DNA of 64,000 nucleotides, taken from assembly GCA_963665885.2 (NCBI GenBank), contig CAXXDR010000002.1, positions 1,186,910 through 1,250,909 of the forward strand, written 5' to 3'. The notes below the pieces were generated by a model. The model saw nothing but the letters and a program-made list of their open reading frames with translations. It ran no database searches and was not told where the DNA came from. Numbering within the stretch: position 1 is the first letter of the stretch; every line of letters starts with the position of its first letter. The position numbers and the translations under genes were made by a program. Shown piece after piece: positions 44,887 to 53,800 of the stretch. The DNA is from Bacteroidales bacterium. Lineage in GTDB: Bacteria; Bacteroidota; Bacteroidia; Bacteroidales; JALOCA01.

Positions 44887-47800
44887 TTATTTGATAATGA
44901 CAAGCTTTTTAACGGTTGTCTTACCATTTTCAGAAACAAAGCGTACAAAATATGTACCAGCGCTGAAGTTAGAAGTATTCAAGGTAACGGTCTTTTCCTG
45001 AGCAACAGTTGCAGAAGAAATAATCATGCCTAAATTATTCATAACTTGTACAGTGCGGATATCATTGGATACTTTAATGTTAACAACGTCAGTAGCCGGG
45101 TTCGGGTATACACTGTTGGATGCAATACCAATTTCGGGTATGCCGTTTGGATTATAGTATACTGAACCATTAACATAAATAGGTACAAAGATGTTTCCAT
45201 CGTAATCTGCGAATTCTTGTGGTGTCGGGTCATTGCTCCATGTAACAGGAGTAATAATACTTGCACCAGCAGCAGTCCAATTGAAATTAATATCGAAGAA
45301 ATTACCATTGGGGATATTAATTCCATTCAGGTCGGCTGCCCAAACAAAAGTAATATGTCCGGCTGAAGGATTACCAACAGTAACAGCATCAATTCCGGTA
45401 TACCAGTTAGAAACACCAGTATAACTTATTAACGAAGGATCATATTCGATGGTAAACTGGAATGAACCCATATTGACAATATTCATCGCATTTACCGGAA
45501 GAGTAAACACACCAGTATCTTGGATTACAATATTGGCTATGGTTAAAATCGGTTCGGTACTAAATCCTGCTTGAGTAACTGTAACTGTTTTAGGACTTCC
45601 GGTAGCACCGGGAGCAGTAACCGTTATGGTACCAACTCTTGGTGTGGTAGAAGTATTTTCAGTAAATGCAACGCTAATTGTTCCTGTGTTTCCACCAGAA
45701 CCTCCACCGGTAATCGAAAGCCATTCACCACCTGCGGTAACTGCAGCGGTGTAACTCATCGTACCTGAACCTGTATTGGCAACAGCAAATGATGTATTGC
45801 CGGCAGGATAAGCTACATTTTGGTTATCAGGGGTAACAGTAAGAACAGGTTGTTGATTACCACCGGTTACAGAACCATTAACATAAGAAGGTGTGAAAAT
45901 AACACCCTCATAATCACCAAATTCACGTGGTGTTGGGTCGTCGCTCCAAACTAATGTTGAAATTTGACCTATTGTACCAGTCCAGGTAAAGTCGAGATTA
46001 AAGAAGTTACCATCAGGAATGTTGATGCCTTGCATTTCGGCAGCCCAAACAAAGGTAAGATGACCGGGAGATGGATTACCAACGGTAACAGCATCAATTC
46101 CGGCAAACCAACTGGATGTACCTGTATAGGTCAACAAAGCAGGATCGTATTCAATGGAGAACTGGAATGAACCCATGTCGACGATGTTGGCAGCATGAAC
46201 CGGAACAGAAACAGGACCGGGCATAGCAGTTACGTTAGCAATAGATACCGTAGGTAAAGAGCCGTTTTGTACGTTTAACGTAACAGGAACGTTAATTGTG
46301 ACTACATTTGGTTCGCTGGTATAGGTAATGTTTGCCGTATACGTACCTATCGCAAGACTATCGGAGTTAAGGTGTACGGTAACATCCTGGCTTGAGCCCG
46401 GAGGAATAATACCGGATGTTGGAGCAACGGTTATCCATGGAGGTGTACCGCCACCTGGGAATCCTAATCCGTCTATTTCGCCACCGAATGTACCAACTAA
46501 AGCGGTACTTCCGGAAACTCTGTCGAGGATACGCAATTCACCAGTTCCGCTTGCATTGTTGTAAGCTGCAAGATAAACGATATCGGCTAAAGGATCCCAA
46601 CTCATGCCTTGGGCATAATTTGCATCATAGCCTAAGGAGCCAAGCATGGTAGAAGTACCGGTTGATTTATCAATTTTGTAGGAATTGTCTCCAACAAGGT
46701 CGAAACCATACATTTGACCAGTGCCGTCAATAGCGATATCAATACAGCCGGGGATACCGGTTGGTCCGATAACTGTTGCCACAGCAGTGTTCATGTCAAT
46801 AGTATAAATATACGATTCGCTGATGTCGGTAGTAACTCCGTACATTTGATTTGTTAATTTATCCACCTGAATACCTGTCCACATTTGTCCGCTGCTGATG
46901 GAACTGCATAAACCAACATCAGTAACATTACCGGAAGCAACATCCACTTTCTTCAGATGATTGTCATTGTAATCAATGATGTACATGAAGTCAGTATGAG
47001 AAGCATCAAATGTTCCGCCAAACGGAGAAATGGTAATCGAGTTGATTACATTCTGGGTAGCCGGATCATCGGTATCGAAGGAGAAGAAGGTATAACCAGG
47101 ATAAATATCAAAAGCATAACCGGTTGAGCCTCTCAGTAAGCTATTGATTGCTGAAGGAGAAGCCTGGGCAGCATTCGGGGCGCGTCCAATAGATACAGGA
47201 GCGGTTCCGCGTGGGAACTGACCATTGCTTGCCGGAATAGAAATCATTTGTTTATTATTAACAATAACACTACTTGCCCATTCCAGATTACAATCGCCAT
47301 TGTTAGCAATGTGGATTGTTTGATCGGTTTGTTGGTTCGGTTGTAGGGTTACGGTAACCTCTTGCGGAGTAATAACCATAGTAGGAGCGGTTAGATTAAT
47401 ATCAAGGGTAGTCGTTTGACCTCCTGTTATTACCACACCGGTCGTTGAGAATGGACAATAGCCCGTTGCTTCAGCCGAAACGGTATACGAACCACCTAAA
47501 ACTTGTGGGAATTCATATACACCGTTATTACCGGAAGTAGTGCTGTAATTAGTACCTTGTTTTTGAGCAGTTACTATTACACCTGCTACGGGTTGTCCAC
47601 CGTGAGATACTATACCTGTAAGTATACCATAAATATCACCCTGAACTGTAAACGTAACAGGAACAGAAGTCGTAGCTACGTTAGGATCAGAAGTAAATAG
47701 AATGTTTCCGGTTAAAGTATAATCTTTCTGAGGAGGAATATAATTTCCGTCCAAAGTTACGGTTACATCTTGGGTAGTACCTGGAGGAAGAATACCTGTT

Positions 47801-50800
47801 TTCGGATCAATGCTTAACCACTTGCTTGCGCCACCTGGGAATGCAAATGCATCAATTTCACCAGGTAATGAGCCTAATACGGCTGTACTACCAGTTAGTT
47901 TATCAAATAGACGTAATTCACCTGCGCCAGTTGAAGCATTGTAAGCTGCCATATAAATAACATCAGATTCAGGATCCCAGCACATGCCTTGAGCATAGCT
48001 TGCATCGAATCCGATAGAACCAATTACGGTTGATGTACCATTAGTTTTGTCAATTTTGTAAGCGTTATCGCCAACAATATCATAACCATACATCTGGCCA
48101 TCGCCGTCAATAGCAATATCAATCAATGCAGGAATACCTGTAGGACCAACAACAGTACTTGCACCAGTAGCAGGATCAATGGTATAAAGCATAGATTCTG
48201 ATCCATTGGTAGATGCTGCATACAGCGTTCCGTCAGTCTTATCACAGGTTAAACCGGTTGGGGTATCGCCGCTTTGTAAGCCGGCAGCGCCAACGGTAGT
48301 TACATTACCTGTAGCTATATCTACTTTCTTAATAGCGCCATCGTTGTAATCAATAACATACATGAAGTCGGTATTATCGGGATCAAATGTACCTCCAAAA
48401 GGAGTAATAGTTACATTAGCAATAGTTGTAGGATTGGAAGGATCGTCCATATCAAATGACATGAAAATACCATTGTTTACGTCAAATCCATAAGCAATCG
48501 AACCTTTAGCACCCTTGTAAGCGCTGGTAACATTTGTTTTATTAACAACTGGAGCAACGCCTGCAGATGCAGATGTATGTTCGAAGTTACCATTGCTTGC
48601 AGGAATAGAAACCTGAAGTTTGTTATTTGGAATAGTTTTACCAGTCCATTCTAAAGAACCATCACCATTGTTAGTAACATGAATCGTACGGGTAATAATC
48701 TGTCCAAAATCAGCAGAATCAGTAATAAATGCTGGATCAATAACCATAATAGGAGCAACCATTGCAATAGCATGAGTTGTGGTTAGGTCACCGGTAACAA
48801 CAATACCTAAAGCTTCGTAAGGATTGTATCCTTCTTTAGTTGCAGTAATGTCGTAAGTACCGTACATGGTTGATGGGAATGAATATGTACCATCAGCGCC
48901 GGTTACCATTGAATAGACATAAACGGGGCTTTCTTCGCGGGTAGCTGTTACGGTTACACCTTCAACAGGAGTACCACCGTGAGTTACCGTTCCAGTTAAA
49001 ACACCAAAAAATGGACCCTGAATAGTCATGGATAAAGCAACAATTGCCTGTCCAACGTTAGGATCGGAATTAAATACCAGGTTGCCGGTTACGGTTAAAT
49101 CCTTCTGAGGAGGAATATAACTGCCGTCGAAAGTGATAATTACGTCCTGTGAGCCACCGGGTGCAATATTTCCTGAAGGAGGATCTATGCTTGCCCAACC
49201 TGAAACGCTACCAGGGAATGCGAATCCATCAATTTCACCAGGTAACGAACCTAATACGGCTGTATTACCAGTTACTCTATCAAACAAACGTAATTCACCT
49301 GCACCAGATGAAGCATTGTAAGCTGCCATATAAATAGCATCGGTTGCAGGATCCCAGCACATTCCCTGGGCATAGCTTGCATCGAATCCGATAGAACCAA
49401 TTACGGTTGACGTACCATTAGTTTTGTCAATCTTGAAAGCATTGTCGTTAACAATGTCATAACCGTACATCTGGCCTGTTCCATCAATAGCAATATCAAT
49501 CAAAGCAGGAATTCCTGTAGGACCAACGACAGTACTTGCACCGGTAGCAGGATCTATGGTATAAAGCATAGACTCTGATCCATTGGTAGATGATGCATAT
49601 AAAATACCTGTTAATTTATCACAGGTTAAACCGGTTGGGGTATCACCGCTTTGTAAGCCGGCAGCGCCAACTGTGGTTACATTACCTGTAGCTATATCTA
49701 CTTTCTTAATAGCGCCATCGTTGTAATCAATAACATACATGAAGTCGGTATTAGAAACATCAAATGTACCTCCAAAAGGAGTAATAGATACATTAGCAAT
49801 AGTTGTTGCATTGGCTGGATCGTCCATATCAAATGACATGAAAATACCATTATTTACGTCAAATCCATAAGCAATCGAACCTTTAGGGCCTTTATAATCG
49901 CTGGTAACATTTACTTTATTAACAACAGGAGCAACGCCTGCGGATGCAGATGTATGTTCGAAATTGCCATTGCTTGCAGGAATAGAAATCTGCTTTTTAT
50001 TGGATTGTACACTTCCTGTCCAGGCTAAAGGACCATCTCCATCGTTGTGCAGGGTTACCGTACTGGTAGTGGTTCCTCCTACAGGAACATTTACGGTTAC
50101 TGAAGTCGGGTCAACCGAAATCGTAGGAGCCGTCAATTGATAGTCCTTGGTTACGGTTTGATTGCCAACGATAGTAACGTTATCGTTAACTACATTATAA
50201 CCTTCTTTTGCAACGGTTAACGCATAATCGCCGGCTTCGGCTCCGTTAATAGCATAAGTGCCAAAATTGCTAGTAGTAGCTGTGTAAGTTCCGCTCAACG
50301 CATTTTTGATGGTAATAAGTGCACCTTCTACAGGAGCGCCACCCGTCGATAGGGTAACAGTACCTGCAAGATTACCTACAACTTGTTGATAAACTTTAAT
50401 ATTATCAACATACCAGTAGTTGATATTGTATGAATTTTCACCATAAGCGCGGAAGCGAACACTAAAGGTGTGTCCGGCAGCCCACTGTGTAATGTTATAC
50501 GATTCGGAAATCCAGCCAAAACTACCATTGGTATTCTGATAATCATGAACCATCTGCCAAGCAGAGCCATCAAATACTTCAACAGCCATACCTTCCAGTG
50601 TTGACGTAGAGAAGTTATTCAGATTGATGTCGAATTTCAAGGTTACATTATCGGTTATAGCGCTTGCATCCAGCATTCGGGAAACCAAAGCGACACTATA
50701 GTTGGTAATACTTGGCGACCAGCTAAACTGAGCTGAAGGAGCTGGATTGCCAGTAGTACTTACCGACCAGTTGCTCTGATCAGGATCGAATGTCCATTCG

Positions 50801-53800
50801 TTAGTTGTAAAACTATTTGAAGCCCAATCTTCTATAAGAGGCATCTGTCCAGGTACTTTAACGGTTAATGTTGCAGGAACATCTGTAACCGGATGAGCCG
50901 GGTCGTTACTACTAACAGCTAAATTGCCATTATACGTACCAAGCGGTAAACCAGTAGCATCAAATGCAACTTCGATATCCACATTACCGCCGGCAGGAAC
51001 AGTACCTGATAACGGATTAGCAGCTAACCAGCCTTCTGGAGGAGGAGCTTGTGCGCTGTCGGTTAAAGCAAATGAAAGATTCTGATCTAAAGTACCAGAC
51101 CATACGATTGAACCACTTGTCCAGGTTGTATAACCATTACCAAAACCATCACCAGGATTTTGCCATTGGAATTCACTTATCACTGTTGGTGCGGCTTCTT
51201 TACTCCACATCCATTGGAAATGAGTAGTGTAATCCATAGCTGCTGCTACAGAAACCCAGTAAGTACCTGCGGTTAATGTTGCAGTAGAGGGTAAGAACAC
51301 ATTTACGTTTCCTGTTGCATCAGATACGGCAGGAACGGCGGTAAATGTATACAAGGCGGCTCCGGGTATTCCGGCTGCATCGGCATAGAATATTACGTCT
51401 GCTGCCGGCACTTCAAAACCACCGTTATAGTAGATACCATTTACAAATACATGGTTTACATTCCAGGTTGCGCCTGAAGGTACTACAAAATCGTCAGCGC
51501 CTTGGCAAGCGTATGTTGGCATGTCGGTAAAATTCTGAGATGCAATAGCTCCCTCTGCTGAAGGATTGCCTGTTTGATTGTAATAAACAGTTGCACGGCT
51601 GAATTGAGGAGCAAATTTATTTACTGCTTTTGAACTCATAGCAATGTCAGCAGGATTAACCACCGAAGGAATAAGCTTGCTGCCTTGTTTTTCAACCATT
51701 ACCTGTCCGCCCTTCATGGGAACATTTTCGATAACGCGTTCGTATTTTGCGTTATGGTTGATAACCTTAACTGATTTTACATTGTAAGCAATATCAATGT
51801 TATAAGTCAGGTCAGCGCCACCGGTATTGGCAATATTCAGCGTTTGAGTAGCCGTAGTGTTGGGCATCAAATCCTGCGACAGGCTTGCCGGAGTAACCAC
51901 GATACGAGGTACAGCCGGAGCGGCCATTGCTTTATAGTCAACGTCATCAAAATAATATTTTGGCACATCGGTAGTATAATTAGCATCAGCGCCAGCAAAA
52001 AAGTCAACAGCCGATAACTGGTTTATTCCTGCGGATCCGGTTGCACCAAGACTCCACTGCCAGGTATAAATTAAATTACCATCAATGTATAGCTCGGCCT
52101 GATCATTATCCAGATCGATAACATTCTTGATTGGTAACCACAGATCATGGTTGTAGCTGAATATAGCGGCGCTGTTGCCACCGGCATTAATAATACCCGA
52201 TCCGTCAGTATGGAAATATACTTCCAGTCCCCAGGTGCTGCTTGTTCCGGCAAAATCCTGAAGAATATTATAGTATCCGCAGAAGTCCGTAGGAATGTAC
52301 ATGGAGAAGTCGAATTCATAACTTCCGGTAGTTTTATTTCCAAGATACAAAACCAGGTCGTTTACACCTTCGTCTTTAACGGAATTAACGCCACTATGTG
52401 CAAAATCGGTGCTTACATAAGCATCTTCCGTTGGAGAGCAGGGAGCATTACTCCAGGTGGTCCAGTTGACTGGATCCTGGCAAGCTACTTGTCCGCCTGC
52501 TGTAAACGATTCAAAATCGGTTGCATAGAGGCTCGGTGTTACAACGATTTCTTTGTAAACCAAGTCATCGAAATAATACAAGGGGTTAACGATACCCGTG
52601 GCGCCGCTTCCTGAGAAGAAGTCAACGGCTGAAAGTTGATTCAAACCAGCTGTTCCGTTGGTTGGATCAAGGCTCCATTGCCAGGTATAAACAGAAACAT
52701 CGTCGAGAAGAACTTCTGCCTGATCGTTATCCAGGTCAATGTTGTTGGTTACTTTAAACCATTGATCGTGGATGTAAGGAACAGATGTTACCACACCACC
52801 GGCATGCAGATCAGCGCTGCCAGCATCGGTGAAGTAAAATTCTAATCCCCATTCGCTGGAACTACCTGCAAAATTGTGGAGAAGATTGTAATAACCACCA
52901 CAATTTGTAGGAATATACATCCAGAATGAAAATTCATATTTACCGGCAGTCTTGTTTCCCATCGGGAGTACAAGGTCGTTGGAAAGTTCATCCTTTACGC
53001 CATTTACACCACCATGAGCGAAGTCGGTGCTTACATAAGCATCTTCAGTTCCGCAGGGAGCATTACTCCAGGTGGTCCAGTTGACTGGATCCTGGCAGGC
53101 TACTTGTCCGCCTGCTGTAAACGATTCAAAATCGGTTGCATAGATATTCGGACTGGATGATTCGATAGTAACTTCGACAGGACTGGTATGAACAGATTCA
53201 CCTTCGTTGTAAACGGCGGTAGCAGTATAATTATAGGTACCTGCGGCTACATTCATATCATCATAGAATAAATCGGTTATGGCCGAAGTATTCAACTTTG
53301 TATCATCGCGGTAAGCGTTGTAGCCTAACAAGGCGCGATTGCCAAGACTTGGGATTGGTGCCTTTGTATGAGCAATACCGGCTCCACGGGGATGATTAAC
53401 CAACCTTTCATGAGAAATCTTGGTTCCTTGAGGTGTAATAACTGGTGAGAGTTCAACAACTCTACCATCGGTATATTCAACAACAGCTCTCAGGAAATAG
53501 GTTTCGTTCCATTGTGACCATGTAGCATTAGCATTATCATAGTCCCAGGCACGTCCATTATCAGTTGTATTATAGCCCATATAAACTCCGGAGGTTATTG
53601 AGCCAAAGCCAACCATGAAATCACCATCAACAAGAATGTTCTGAGCGCTGATGTCAACTTCTGTCCAGCCCTGATCTACAGCATTAGCGGTAGTTTCATA
53701 AAGGATATTTGTTCCGGGTTCCGTACCTGCCCAATTAAATACTCTCGGTTCGAAATCGCTAACTAACGGATCGGTCAAAGTAGTGTAATATTTCAGTTTT

